Below are positions 11,362-24,114 of a stretch of 34,297 bases of DNA, one piece after another. The notes under the pieces were generated by a model. It had not been told where the DNA came from and did not search any database. It saw only the letters and a program-made list of their open reading frames with translations. How positions within the stretch are numbered: position 1 is the first letter of the stretch; the number at the start of each line of letters is the position of its first letter. Both the position numbers and the translations under genes were made by a program. The DNA is taken from contig NW_014039677.1 in the NCBI RefSeq assembly GCF_001186125.1, forward strand, positions 1-34,297. The letters run 5' to 3'. This DNA comes from Sphaeroforma arctica JP610 (taxonomy: Eukaryota).

Positions 11362-12945
11362 CTATCGGGCCATAACTTGAAGAAGAAACAATAGTTGCTT
11401 TGCAGCCTGTAGTTCTTCCCGCTCTATGCGTTCTTTCAGAATTCTAAATCCGCCTGTCCTTTCTTGGAGGTGAATATGACTACATACAGTATAAATCAAG
11501 GCATCCATATCTGGAACGGCCCATCGCATTGTATGCCCTGGTCTATGGGTGAGTAACAACTCTGAGGTGATGTGTTCGAAAACAGGACCATGAATAACGA
11601 AAGTGACGACACGTGGCAAGACCGGCACAGATAACAATTCACACAAGAACTAAAAAAGGTGATGGTTACTACTTCGCAGGCCTTTCGAGTCCGTGTTCTC
11701 TATCGAACTTTGTCACAATGCGCTCACGACCTCGGAGACTGGTATAGAAGTAACTTTAAACTATTTCAATATGTAAAATGCCATCAGACTTCCTTACCTT
11801 GATCCAGTCATAAGTTAGACACCCTCTCCTTTCTTTCAATTGTAAAAAATGATACAGTACTGTATATGATCGTGCAACGGAACAATAAATATCAAACTAA
11901 CTCGTAAATATCAACAGGCCTACCTAAACTTCTTCTATCCCGCCGAAATTGCTGTGCTTAGAAGATCCTATATTTTGAGAATAAATGTATTCAAAGAAGG
12001 GAATTCTGTATGCATGTGAGGACAAAATACATAAGCGAGATATGTATTTTCGGCCCGCACTCGTACTCCTCTTACATCCGAGATGATATTTCGCGTCGTA
12101 CTCTGAACTGTTGTTCCGCAAAACATAAGTAATTGATGAGTGATCGGTTTGAGTATGAGATTTCTATTACGTGAATGGAATTCTCAAAATGATATGAATA
12201 CAATGAGGCTTTAAAATTATGATGCAGATACCGTTCCAGTGTGTTCTCATCAGGTGTCGATAATACAAGCCTCATAATATCCGTATAGCTCGATGCCACC
12301 ACGGATAGCAAAGCGATTTTATCCACAACGTTGCTACAAGATGGTTGAATACGCTATACGAATTTCTATGGCAAATATAGGACTACAACTGTTGTGTGAT
12401 ATTTTAAGTCAGACACAGTATTCTCGCATCGGGGTCCGCCTTGCCCACGATAGTATTGACTTGAATAGTCGTTTATCGACTGCATTTCGATTTAAAATCT
12501 TACTCTTAACCCAGTTGACCTTTACATCGTGATTCAAAAGGTACGGAAAAGAGCCTTCCGCACTTGTGTGACTCAATGATATACGTTTCCCTTCATGACA
12601 TCACAAGGCTGGGCCTTTTTATTCTGCTACACTTTATTCTTGTATTTTTGAAACTGTATTTGTTTCAATTCTTCCCCGAATTAGATCTAAATATTTCATG
12701 AGGTGATGCAAATCCTTGTACAGATTTGAACAGGATATGAAAATTGAAGCTATATTTCTTGAGATGATGTGAAAACCCCCTCGTTTGGAGATTTGACAAC
12801 TATGATATGGAACTACGCTTCGAATTTGTTCGGACAGACTCGAACCGGTAAGTTTTCTTTTTGATAGTATTTGTGCGTAGAGTATCACTGCCATATGGTG
12901 TCGATTGCGAGGTGAATAGTTTTCTATTGTTAAACCGTGAGACAC
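11362..12945 (-). pseudogene. Possible fragmented coding region, unassigned
   Basis: Several protein-like minus-strand ORF pieces (12634..12945, 12072..12326, 11362..11646) with no motif I recognise. Confidence 0.25.
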
Positions 12946-13620
12946 AGTCTTGACAGCTTTACGTTACTTTTTACGTTGAATCATTGGCAAGGACGTGATC
13001 TTAACTACCTAAATATAAAACTTCATCTGTATCTTCTTTTCCTTGGTTTGAAGTACTGCTCCTGCTGCTCTAGACTTGAAGCCGAGGCACGAACCAACGA
13101 AGATTAGACGACGACTAGGTCTAGGTGTGTGACTCAAAATAGTGCACATGGCAATCTACACAGCGCTCTAGCATCAGTTCCCAAAGTATATCGTCTGTTT
13201 GAATTCAAATAACTAATTGTTGGCGATATTTATTGGCGGTATAATGCATGTTCTATGCGTATAAATACTTTTTCGCACAAAGTGACTGTGAAAGAACTCG
13301 ATGTGACTTTGAAATAAAACAGGAACATCTATACGATTACTTGAATTGAAATGATTTAAATGGTTTTGTGTACATTGGCTGTATATACAGATACTCTTGA
13401 CTGTGTATGGTCAATAAATAGCAAGACTATCTTTTCCAATATAAAGCACACCGCGTGGCATACGTACCTACCACATTCTGAGTGTGTGTAGGAGGGAGGG
13501 GAGAGAGAGGTTCTTTGAGTTGACATTCAAATGCCATCCACAACTACCTTACTTATCGTGTAAAAGTAAGATAGATACATACGAGTTTTCTACTGAAATC
13601 AAATAGAGGTTCGATAAAAC

Positions 13621-13703
13621 CAATGATCCATAACTATATATACTGTTCGAGAAGAAAGATGAAATCAATGATCCATAACTATTTATACCGTTCGAGAAGA
13701 AAG
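13621..13703. repeat. Short tandem duplication (38-bp core, 45-bp period)
   Basis: caatgatccataactat.tatac.gttcgagaagaaag at 13621 and 13666. Confidence 0.85.
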
Positions 13704-14801
13704 CTTACTTTTTGAAATATTGATTCCAATAATCCCGAAAGTGAAGAACAAATCAAATGCTAAATACTGTCATGAAATTTATATTTGCATTCATTCAAAT
13801 CTCACACCTGGTCCTGAAGAGAATAATCGTCATCAACTCAAATTAACTGCACAATCTTGTTGATGTGCCGAAAAACTTTCAAATGTCGAAGATTAGTGAG
13901 TTATTTGCAAACATGGCCTTACAAAGGAAAGAGGATGAAGCCCACCAAAAACAATGGAAGAAGGACTAACATTACAACACCAATTCTGGCTTGAGTGTCC
14001 GGCATACAGCAATGTACAAGATGCTAATAATCATCTAGAATCGATTCAGCGCATCCTCGAGGAGTTTCATATCAATAGAGATACAGTCTCTGGCACGATA
14101 ATCAATATCGTGACACATCTTGCCTTAATGCGTAGTCAATACTTTACGACACGAGAGCAGAAGTTCTTGACACTAACTTTTGTGAGTTACAAAGCTCAAT
14201 ACGCTGACCTAGGCGCAGACCATAATACAATCGCCTCACAACCCGCTACAACACACTTGTCACACAACTCACTGAAACACAACAAGTTATATTAAGAACG
14301 CAAGCAGCACGCGGATAAGGGTTGTAACGCTAAAGCTGAGGAGAATCTTCGTGGCGAACTACTAAACGCGTACGATGAGATAGAGAAACTCAAAATACGC
14401 AACGACAAACCTAAAACTTTCGTGGAAAGATTTGGCACATCGGCTCAACAACCAATCATCCCTGAAAATGAATACCCACAGTGTAAGGACGCATACAATG
14501 AGACAAACTAGAAAGCTATCTCAACTTTGGCAGTTGGTTCGCTGGCCTCCGCATGGAACTAGACACTCGGTGTTTTCAGCCGGTTACACCTAGAATGCAG
14601 CAATACACTCTTTGGTGGGACGATAGACATCGCCGCTAACAGCAAGTGCCGTCGAATACTCGTAGATTCTATCAGCACAGTACTCATCAAGGCGGTATAC
14701 AAGCAATACATATCAAAACCGCCTCACGTGTTCTTCAATCACATATGTGTGGCAACGAACACTGGCAGTCAAGGTAAACTATGGGGCACCCTATAGGAGC
14801 T

Positions 14802-15294
14802 TGTAAGAGTGCAATGTAGTAGACTTTAAATAAAGCGCAGATGTATGTATTTATTCTAACCACACATTTGGTTAAATACCTAAGTTGTTTGCGCTAGTGT
14901 TCAGCCACTTGGGCTGCCCAGGGTAAAACCTCGTATGGCCAGTTTGAGAAACCTTCTGCAAAACACTTTAACATTTCGATGCTATTCTATTTCGACTTCT
15001 CTACAACTAAATCTCACGCTGATCACATGATGGCTGATGCCTTTCCGCATAGGTTGTGACTCACAGATAACCGCAGCTATCTTTACAATGTTGCGGTTGG
15101 CAGACTTAATCCACTCTCGGGAGCTGGTTGAGAAACTTAATCTGCTCTCGGAAGTCGGTTTAAGTATTTACATAACTCTCGGGAGTAATTTAAGCAACTT
15201 GATTAGCTCTCGGGAGTGAGCTAACTCTGATGACTTCTATAAATCAAAGAGGGTTTCTTGCTGTAAAAACTGGCCTGAGATATGTAGTCTCTGA
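14802..15294 (-). repeat. Solo LTR (same family as 2990-3507) inserted in the gag of copia remnant A
   Basis: Begins tgtaagagtg. 5-bp TSD gagct (14797-14801 and 15295-15299). The host frame rejoins as ...LWGTL*ELINFNSAES. Confidence 0.85.
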
Positions 15295-15376
15295 GAGCTC
15301 ATCAACTTCTATAAATCAAAGAGGGTTTCTTGATGTAAAATCTTGCCTGAGACCTGTAGTCTCTCAGAGTTCATCA
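15233..15376. repeat. 72-bp tandem duplication spanning the LTR end, TSD and host flank
   Basis: acttctataaatcaaagag...gagctcatca is repeated at 15233 and 15305, bounded by acttc microhomology. Confidence 0.85.
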
Positions 15377-16557
15377 ACTTCAATTCAGCAGAATCAATGG
15401 ACAAAACGAAGCAAGCCCTTGAAGAGATTCGTCAGCGACTTTTGAACGTAGGGGAGTGTATACTTGACCGATATATTATCTGCGCCTTGATGTACGGTCA
15501 CCCAGAGGACTACAGACCCCTACGCACAGAGGTCTTCAAGAAGGACAACGAGAACATCACAACAGACGATGTGTATGAGATGACACTAAAGTACGAAGGC
15601 GATAATCAAATCCGCACCCAGCCTCATCTGTCGGGTATAAACGCTATCAGAGACGAGATCGAGGCATTAAAGGAACACAAACCCTGCCTCGCATTCGGCC
15701 TTAAAGGTCACAACATATACTCGTGTCCAACATCAGTCTGTCATCGATGCGGGGTAAACGATCACATGGGAAAGAAATGTCCAGTCGATCGCAAGACCTT
15801 GATCTGCACACAACGTGATAAGCCGGGCCACAATGCCGACGCATGTCTACGCAAGTGAAACGTTCGGGTCCACGGCTCTGCAGGGGGTGCTAGTAACGAC
15901 AATGACTGCGGTACGCCCAACACGACATCAGGTACGGAACACACTGAGAATCATAGAATACATAGCATCACTACAAAACTGGGATCCTTAAACCACACAC
16001 TTATAGCACAGGCACTTGTAAATTCCGATGCCATGATACATACTCGCACAGATGATATGGAAGTGAAAAGCATTCAGTACGGTAGATTAACTGTTGAATT
16101 TTCTGATGGATTGCAGACTATAGTCCACCGTCGCGGTATCATACCGAACTTAGGAGCGGTGCTGATTATGCCCCACAAGCATCACAAGATATACTATCAG
16201 TTAAACTTATACACCGTATCGGACTCGGGGTCTATTTCCCAGCCGAACCAGATATCAATAAGCCCACCCAATGCTTAATCCTCAACGACAATAACATTCA
16301 ACACAGTATTGATGAACATAAGGGGCAATATAGGACAGCCAATGAACATAGCGATATACCTCCAGCATGGCATGCACGATTAGAGCACTCACCCCCGCGA
16401 AACATTGCAGCTACACTACAAGATAATAGTGTGCAGAAGATACCACGCAAGGGAGTGTCCACTATGAACTATTTGCTCAACAGGAGCGTATACCTAGACG
16501 ACGTCGTCGAACCTTTCGGATACGTAGATATATATTTCTTTGCAGTCTTCAGTCTTT

Positions 16558-16666
16558 AGCGGCTGATCACTAGCACAAACACCTGAGGTATAAAACCAAA
16601 TGTGAGGTCAGAAATAAAGACATACATTTGCACTTTATTTAAAGTCTACTCCATTACACCCTAACA
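16558..16666 (+). repeat. 3' part (R/U5) of the 5' LTR of copia element B
   Basis: Reverse complement of ~2990-3098 and ~14802-14910. Contains AATAAA and ends in CA directly before gag. Confidence 0.85.
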
Positions 16667-18953
16667 ACTTATCAGGTCACTGAGGGTACCGATGGACACC
16701 CAAGGAAATCGCTGAGGAATATCAGATTATCAACCGTACCTTATCTCCACTACTGCAGATGGAGATCTGCCAATTTATTTATTAGCCGTGGGAAGCTTTC
16801 GCCGCACTGCAACGCAAGTTTGAAGCCCTGACCGAAGATGATATTCAGACATTAGAAGGGAAACTGAACCGCATCACGCAAGAACGGAACGAATCTTCGC
16901 CAGTCTTATCAGTCGTCTCAACACATCATTTGTGAAATTCAAAAACGCCGGAAGTTCGAAATCCAACAACAGCCCATGCGCTATCCTACGGCAGGCTGTA
17001 AACGACGATAATCATACTGTTAAGATTACGTTAAAGACACCGCTATGATGGAGATGTCGTATGATGACCTCACCACGTATCTCATCGCATTGGATCCAGA
17101 CGAAAGTGACCCATCAACCATTATGCACGGTGCACATGCAACTATATCGACAGGAAATTGTGCATACTGCAACAATCAAGGACATTCCACCGGGCAATGC
17201 AGATAGCTACAAGCGTTAATCAAATCGTGAGTTGCTGGTAAACCACGTAATCAGGGTCGTGACACGACGGTCGTACTCCTTACGCTCTGTTCCTCGTCAC
17301 GACATGAGAGACTACAGATATATGTCCATGAATAACTACAAGCATAGCCGACATGATTCAGATCGTGTTTTACACGTTATAAACGATACAACAGAAACAA
17401 CCGATACCAATACCTCTACGATAATCACGATGATCATGACCGACAGAACTACCGAGTATATAGATACAATCGACGCGACTACGACGATGGTAGATATTCA
17501 CGAGATACCTAACGTTCACAACAGTGTCAGAACATACCGATTCTAGAGCAATTGACGCCTAGCTCATGAAGGCAGACAGGACAAAGCATGTCAGCCCAAG
17601 TGTCCGATGACCAGCTACCTGCTAACAGACAGATTGCATTCTCCACAATTAACACTACAATCGACAACTAGGAGGTGAACGATCAGTCGGACAAAGATTC
17701 GAAGAGGTGGATACTGACTAGCTTGCGATAGTTCCGCCACCGTACACTTACTTTCCTATACGTACCACAAGCATCATCTCGTCCGCAACATATGCCTTAA
17801 TGACAGGTATGCGCTCGAAGTAGCTGATGGTACAATCATTTATTCAAAGTATGTGGCTCAGCTACGAAACCTGGGGGACGTACTCATCGATATGACATTC
17901 AAAACTGCACTACTAAGCATCATCAGCCTGCTCTCAGAGCGACACTACTCATTTGAATTCATCATCAACATGATATACATATTACTACCAAGCTTTTGGA
18001 ACCATAACAGTGCATGAAAAGCACAAAATATACTGCGTGCACATCAACGACATAGCTATGACTACAGGGGAACCATCGCTAGAGAAAGCCAACCAGATTG
18101 CATGGCTCAACAGGCTCGCGCACTCCAGCTATGTCCCAAAAGATTTACCCTACATAAAGCAATCAGATGAACGATGCAAAGCATGCACTATTGCAAAGAA
18201 GAAGAAGAACCTGCCACAGAGCCTCTCGAGTTGGTCTTCGTCGACATAATAGGCCCGTTCGCAACGTCAATAGGTTCCAACACCCACTCTGTATCAATCA
18301 TAGACTATCTTTCTAGCATGGCCAAAGAGTATTCGATCAATTCTTGACGCTATGGTACACACATTCAATAAATGATTTGTCTTAATTCGTCGCCGAGTTC
18401 AGTGCATACAAATGGATCGAGGTTCACATTTTACAGCAAACGTAACTAGATGCTTGTGTATTTGGGATGCTGCTCAAAGTACGCACCTACAGCCACGCCA
18501 CAGCACCATGGCAAGTTAGAGAGACTGCTGCAGATCGAGTATTTTATAATAGTACACCTTCTTTTATTTAACTAAACTAGATTTTTAGCTTCGACGTACT
18601 GAATCCTCAAGGTATACTAAATGAACCAAACTGGTCAAGCCTCTTGGCTAATATTCATTTGCTCATACATCGTTCCTCGACGGTCTGAGACTCTGAGGGC
18701 ATGTTCTAACTCGTAACTAATACGAGTCCACACTGATAAAAACTAACTCTCCACCAATAGGAATGCTGCCCTAATTACTCTAATTGCTCCTTGCTCTACT
18801 TGACCACAGTCCTGTCCTCTACCCCGAGGCAGAGGTGCAGGACTACATCAGTCCTTGTACCCTGCGGATCTACAACCCCCCCCCCCCACCAGATTCAGCA
18901 ATGGCTGTGTACAGGGATTTCTGGATCTCAATGTCCGAATGGTACCAACCCTC

Positions 18954-19379
18954 CTAAGTGTCCAGCGAGTCTAGGTCCAATTGCGTGGCTGCCAACTTCA
19001 ATTTCCATTCCTCTAACTGGTCGTCTTGTAACACATGTGAATATGCGAAACGGTATGCTAAATTAATGCCTGACAACTTCGATTTGGCCTTCTTGATCGT
19101 GCGTGCATGTCCATTGAAGTACTCTTCATCCTCCATCCTGAACGTCTCTACTCTATGATGCCCGTGCTCGTTGGCCGGTTTCTTGAAAAACATAAAACTA
19201 AAATTACATCTATATATAAAATTAATCGCTACTGGCGTAGTCAACCCTTTCCTTGGGAGCCGTCGCAAAAGGTGAGTCGTATAATATCCAACTACTATAC
19301 GGTGATCTGGTAAAAGATCCCCGCGGTCTCGCCTCACGACGGCACCTCTCGCCCTTTGTATCTGTAGTTGTGTGAGCAC
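18954..19379 (-). CDS. Second ORF fragment in the non-autonomous element, unknown product
   Basis: 141-aa ORF on the element sense strand, ending just before the PPT. No motif recognised. Confidence 0.3.
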   Translation of the reverse strand: MLTQLQIQRARGAVVRRDRGDLLPDHRIVVGYYTTHLLRRLPRKGLTTPVAINFIYRCNFSFMFFKKPANEHGHHRVETFRMEDEEYFNGHARTIKKAKSKLSGINLAYRFAYSHVLQDDQLEEWKLKLAATQLDLDSLDT

Positions 19380-19520
19380 CTCGTCTGCTGCGACTGCTTG
19401 TGCGGCTGTGTCCGCGTGTGCTTCCGCTTGTGAGTAAAACTCCGTGCCATCCTCTCCTATCTTTACTAACCGTGCTGGTCTACCTCGAAGCGCCCCACTG
19501 AGCCATAGTGGTGTATTAGG

Positions 19521-20117
19521 TCACACCCGTGGCCGTACATGCTTCGCCGATGCGGTTTCCGACTGTTGATGTATTGCCTGGTTGGCTTCGTACACTTGTT
19601 GTGGCGTCAGACCCGATGATGTTGTGTCTAGCTTACTAAATTTCATCGGGGCATTCTGCAATGCTTTCTTACTGCGTCCCTGGGGGTTCAACTCTGTCTC
19701 CGTGGTGTAAAAATTTCTGCCTACCGCGAATTCTGCTAATTCCGTCATCATGACTGCTCGCCGCCATGCTGCACGTTCTGTTGGCGCACTCATGTCGGTT
19801 TGCTTCGCGTGGATATCTACCGTGAATCCCGGACCAAACAGGTAACTTGCCGCCTCAAAATGTTCAATGAGAACCCTTTCTACGTCATGAATACTCGGTT
19901 CATTCGGCAATAATGGATAAATTTCAATAAGCACTGACTGGTCAATATATTCGTACATCAATTCCAAAAGGTCACTCCTTGCATTAGGTCCTTTAGCCAG
20001 AGTGCTGCAGACTTTGCCTTTGGTAAACTTCTTCCAAGGTCGCAAGAATGCACCAATGGGATCATATTTTGCCACCATGTACATGCGTGGGGGACGATCA
20101 TATTCGTTAGTTGACAT
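19521..20117 (-). CDS. Putative Gag-like protein of the non-autonomous element
   Basis: 198-aa ATG ORF starting ~110 nt after the 5' LTR on the sense strand. Assignment rests on position and helical character (VERVLIEHF). Confidence 0.5.
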   Translation of the reverse strand: MSTNEYDRPPRMYMVAKYDPIGAFLRPWKKFTKGKVCSTLAKGPNARSDLLELMYEYIDQSVLIEIYPLLPNEPSIHDVERVLIEHFEAASYLFGPGFTVDIHAKQTDMSAPTERAAWRRAVMMTELAEFAVGRNFYTTETELNPQGRSKKALQNAPMKFSKLDTTSSGLTPQQVYEANQAIHQQSETASAKHVRPRV

Positions 20118-22199
20118 GTCGGAAGGTAGTGACTGACACTGTTGGCAAAAAAATAAAATAAACCCTCTTTAAGATGTTGTCTACTACCTACTTATTAACT
20201 CAGCTACGTTCAAGCTAGTTTGGTTGTAGATCGAGTATTCTTTAATAGTACACCTTCTTTTATTTAACTAAACTAGATTTTTAGCTTCGACGTACTGAAT
20301 CCTCAAGGTATACTAAATGAACCAAACTGGTCAAGCCTCTTGGCTAATATTCATTTACTCATACATCGTTCCTCGACGGTCTGAGACTCTGAGGGCATAT
20401 TCTATCTCCTAACCAATACGAGTTCACGCTGATAAAAACTAACTCTCCACCAATAGGAATTCTGCCCTAATTACTCTAATTGCTCCTTGCTCTACTTGAC
20501 CACAGTCCTGTCCTCTACCCCGAGGCAGAGGTGCAGGACTACATCAGTCCTTGTACCCTTCGTATCTACACTGCATGGTACATTGGTCCCTAGAATGATT
20601 GTACAACTGAAGTATGCCCGTCTACCGACTACTATGTGGGCTGAATCATTGATTCAAACTACCAACATATACAATGCTATACCCACCGACGGAAAGAGCT
20701 CATCCCAAACGAGAAATTCACAGGATACGCATTTCCGATAGATATGTTTCGAATATTCGGGTGTCACATTGCGTACAAGAACTGTGATCCAGACGGCAAA
20801 CTCGACGATAGAGCACTGGGTAGCATTCTCCTTGCGTAACCCTTGGACACAACACCGGACTCGTATCGTATATTTTTTCACCTCTGACCAATCGTATAAT
20901 ACAAAGCCGAGACGTCTATATATTCGAAGACGACTTCTTTGTCTGGGAAGGCAACAGATGTACAACCGCTATCGCACCACCAGACACTATAAACAACAGC
21001 ACATTTCTCCAAATCGAGAATGACGATTTCCAAACAGACGCAAGGACAACATCGACAACGGAAGATATTATTAGCCAACGAGCCCAGCCAACTGTGCCGC
21101 AAAAGTCGAGCAACTCAGAACAACTACAAATAACTTCATCGTCAACATAACCTATTGAGAGCGAAGTACATACTGGTGAGTTGGAGGCTCCCGTAGCGAC
21201 TACCAAAACACAACACGATGTGGAAGCAACCATAGCTAGGAGAACGGCGGAAGGTCGCCAAGTCTCTCGAGAACAGCGAGACTTTGCGAAAGGTGCTAAT
21301 AACGTCAATTGGTATCACGACAGCCGCCATAAAAGACGATCTTCCATTCAGCAATGGAACTGAAAATATACAAAGGTATATACGAGATAACAAACGCAGC
21401 CGATTGAGAGGAATCAGCACGTTCGGAAATCGAGAGCTTGGTGATGCAACGCAGAGCATTCACTCTGGTTGACAACAAACCACGGGAGAAATCACTATTC
21501 CCCCCTCGATGGGTATTCAAGGCAGAACGGATGAATCAGTATAAATCACACGACTTAAATCACGTCTGAACGTAGCAGCATTCAACGCAAAACAGAGAGT
21601 CGCTTACGATGAAAACTATGCCCCAGTAGTAGCCAAGGAAACACTCAGGATATGTCTAGCTTTAATGGCACACTTCGACATGGACATTTGACAATACGAT
21701 ACACCCTCGGCGTACCTCACTCAAGAACTGAATACCCCTAGCTACGTGCGAGTGCCGCAAGGATACGATCTCATCGAACATCTACTGGACCCGTCTCAGA
21801 GACAATTATACGAAAGGCACAAAGAAGGAAACACAAAGGTCGTATGTCGAGTTGACCGTTGCGTATACGGTCTACCACCTAGCTGGCACTATTGGTTTAA
21901 AGCTATTCTTTGGTTTGCTATAATTGACCATTATAAACAAGCGCAATCTGATGGAGCACTGTTCATCAAACAAACCCCCATCGAACCGTGTTTCATTATT
22001 GTACACGTAGACGACAAAATTGCAGCATGCCAGAGTAAGACTGACGGACACAAATGAAACAGGGATTAACAGACTGCAAACCAGCATGGGTGCCAATTCT
22101 AGAGTCGGACTATGAAGTAACAGACAAACACGCATATCTCCCAGAAAGAGCGGCAAGTTCAGATGTCCCAACAATCATACAATACAACAAGCTTAGATC

Positions 22200-22430
22200 G
22201 GTAGTAAGTAGTCGAGGATAACTGTATCTCAACGTACTCCCCTCGTACAAGGGGAGACGTTGTTTATTTATTGATCTAAATCCTGTGACTATCATTTTGG
22301 TCATGTGTTTTCCGTTAATCAGTTTTAACCTGATTGGATAAACCCAGTTCAAAATGTAGTCTCTAATAAAACCCAAATATCAAATAAACCCTAATTCTAA
22401 ATAAACCCTATCAGGGACTTCCTGACTACA
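22200..22430 (-). repeat. 3' LTR of the gypsy element
   Basis: Direct repeat of 29997-30227, adjacent to the PPT. Confidence 0.95.
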
Positions 22431-22500
22431 ACCCCCCCAAGCTGAAACACCACAAGTGTGCGAGCTTAAAAGATTGAAGGAATGCCCTGAAAGCGGTTAC

Positions 22501-22599
22501 GTGCTGGCATTTATTCTCAGAGAGCTAGATCATTGTGCTGGCATTTATCCTCAGAGAGCTAGAGCATTGTGCTGGCATTTAACTTCAGAGAGATAGAGG
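22501..22599. repeat. 3 x 34-bp tandem repeat in the gypsy 3' UTR
   Basis: gtgctggcattta..ctcagagagctaga.catt at 22501, 22535 and 22569. Confidence 0.9.
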
Positions 22600-22689
22600 G
22601 CTCGGCTATTTGTTCACCACTCGAGCTGGTGACTAAACGGTAAGTACACGTAACTTAAAATTGTATATATTAACAAAATTGTCTTCTAA

Positions 22690-22880
22690 CTATAACTGGT
22701 CTCTCCGGCGTTTCCGAGCTCGTGTCTGTGTATCTTTGTGATATGCCACAATGTCATTCGCGTCGTCAAAGGCCTCGGCCGTTTCCCACGTCAGCACCCC
22801 CTCATGCCAACGCACCAGGTATTCGAGTTTACCCGTAACAACATTTGTCCTATGTTTGATGATGTGACGGAACACTGACC
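22690..22880 (-). pseudogene. Chromodomain at the integrase C-terminus
   Basis: VFRHIIKHR...GKLEYLVRWHEGVLTWETAEAFDD matches the chromodomain pattern (I..HR...YLV.W...TWE). Confidence 0.85.
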
Positions 22881-22943
22881 CGCCTTCTTGCCAAAGATCA
22901 TCGTTCAACGGTGGGTCTGTACTGCGGGACCAACCGTAGTAAC

Positions 22944-23950
22944 TCAACCCGCACCGGCAAACTCCTGGGCAGTGGACCCATCTCTATGTGTAAGGTCATA
23001 ACCTTGACCGTTGCGGCCTTTAACTACGTATGGGCCAAACAGTGGGCGCATGGCTTTGAAAGTTCGCCCCTCCGATTTCACCATCACGATGTCGCCTTCA
23101 TCAAAGTGGACTAAGTCATGGGCGTGTAACCGATCAAACGTCTTCGTCAATTTATCCGTATAGGTCGTAGTAATCTTATGCAGTGTAGGCAAAGTTGTAT
23201 CCTGGAGCTGGTCCAACCGTTGTGCCCACGTGTCATTAGTAACCTGTTGTTGTTCTGGGACGTCATCGGTGAAATCCGCAAACGGCACGTGTCGACGTCC
23301 GAAATAAACACTAAACGGCACGCTTTTGTGTCGTCGGGAGATGCGCAAGTTCTGGTACAGCATTGTCAAAGGGGGACATTCGTCCCATGCTTGGGGTACT
23401 GCCTCACAGACGATGCGTATCGAACGTGTTATCTCCTTATGCCGACGTTCCGTTGCCCCAACACCTGTGGTCTATAAGGTGGTGATACTTTGTGAAGTAT
23501 ACCCACTGCCTTGACAATGAGGGCGGCCATGTTGTTCGTAAACTCATTACCCATATCTGTCTGTAGCTTGCGAGGGAAGCCATGTTCGCCAAAGAAAGAC
23601 AACAACATCTGCGTGGTGGTTTCCTTAGTCTTATCTGGTGTAGCACGTAAGATCACGTCTAATACATGGAGGACAAATTTATTCTGTCTTGTGGACGTTA
23701 CCGGCATTGGAATATAGTCCACCTGAATGTGATCCTAAAGGTACTTCACATCAATGCTTATCATCGGATGTAAGCCTTTACGTAGGGTATGCTGGCCCAA
23801 ACACTGTCCACATTGCCGTTTAATTCCTGTAGCCAGTTCTAATGCCCCCGGCCAAACGTGGCCGTTCTGTTGTAACTGTTGGACAGTATCGGCAGCGCCG
23901 TGGTGGCCTTGCTCATACTGTGCCGTGTGAGTTGTGTACGCCGTTGTTGT
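22944..23950 (-). pseudogene. Ty3/gypsy DDE integrase (frameshifted)
   Basis: Zinc-finger region GHHG...WPG...CGQC; HIQVDY; FPRKLQTDMGNEF; SPPYRPQ; SVPFSVYFGR; GPY/F motif FGPYVV. Confidence 0.92.
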
Positions 23951-24114
23951 TCCATCGGTGTGGCATTCGCAAAGGCCGGTTGTGCCCCCTCACTACTTAA
24001 CGCCACGGAAATCTCTCGTGCCGTTTCCAAACACTGATGGTATGGTGTGTGTCGAGGTTTGGCATAGCCTAATCGTTGTGTAAAGCTCTCGGCGAGCTGA
24101 AAACCTGACGGCGG

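Larger units (their letters stand above)
13900..16450 (+). mobile_element. Ty1/copia remnant A (gag with three zinc knuckles, protease, start of pre-integrase), 3'-truncated
   Basis: Copia-like gag (IICALMYGHPEDYRPLRT). Knuckles CLAFGLKGHNIYSC, CHRCGVNDHMGKKC and CTQRDKPGHNADAC. Protease-like ALVNSDAMIH at ~16010-16040 and WHARLEH at ~16368-16388. Confidence 0.75.
18529..20570 (-). mobile_element. Complete non-autonomous LTR retrotransposon (2042 bp, no pol)
   Basis: 346-bp LTRs at 18529-18874 and 20225-20570 (about 13 mismatches by eye). Consensus termini TGTAGATC...GATCTACA. 4-bp TSD ctgc. A poly-C tract from 18876 is the minus-strand PPT. Splits the copia integrase cleanly. Confidence 0.93.

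Noticed and set aside
13768..13820. tgtcatg...ctcaca followed by cc-TGGTCC as the LTR/PBS of copia A
   Set aside because: It is too short and has no second copy in the window to confirm it.
22110..22376. Duplicated small ORFs (also 29967..30173, 18791..19066 and 20487..20741)
   Set aside because: They are chance ORFs lying within the paired LTRs.
22383..22411. aaacccta telomere-like words in the LTR
   Set aside because: There are only two or three spaced copies in an AT-rich subrepeat, which is not a telomeric array.
22501..22599. 34-bp repeats (and the ~33-bp subrepeats at 3296-3430) as a CRISPR-like array
   Set aside because: They are head-to-tail with no unique spacers, lie within retrotransposon UTR/LTR sequence, and there are no cas genes.
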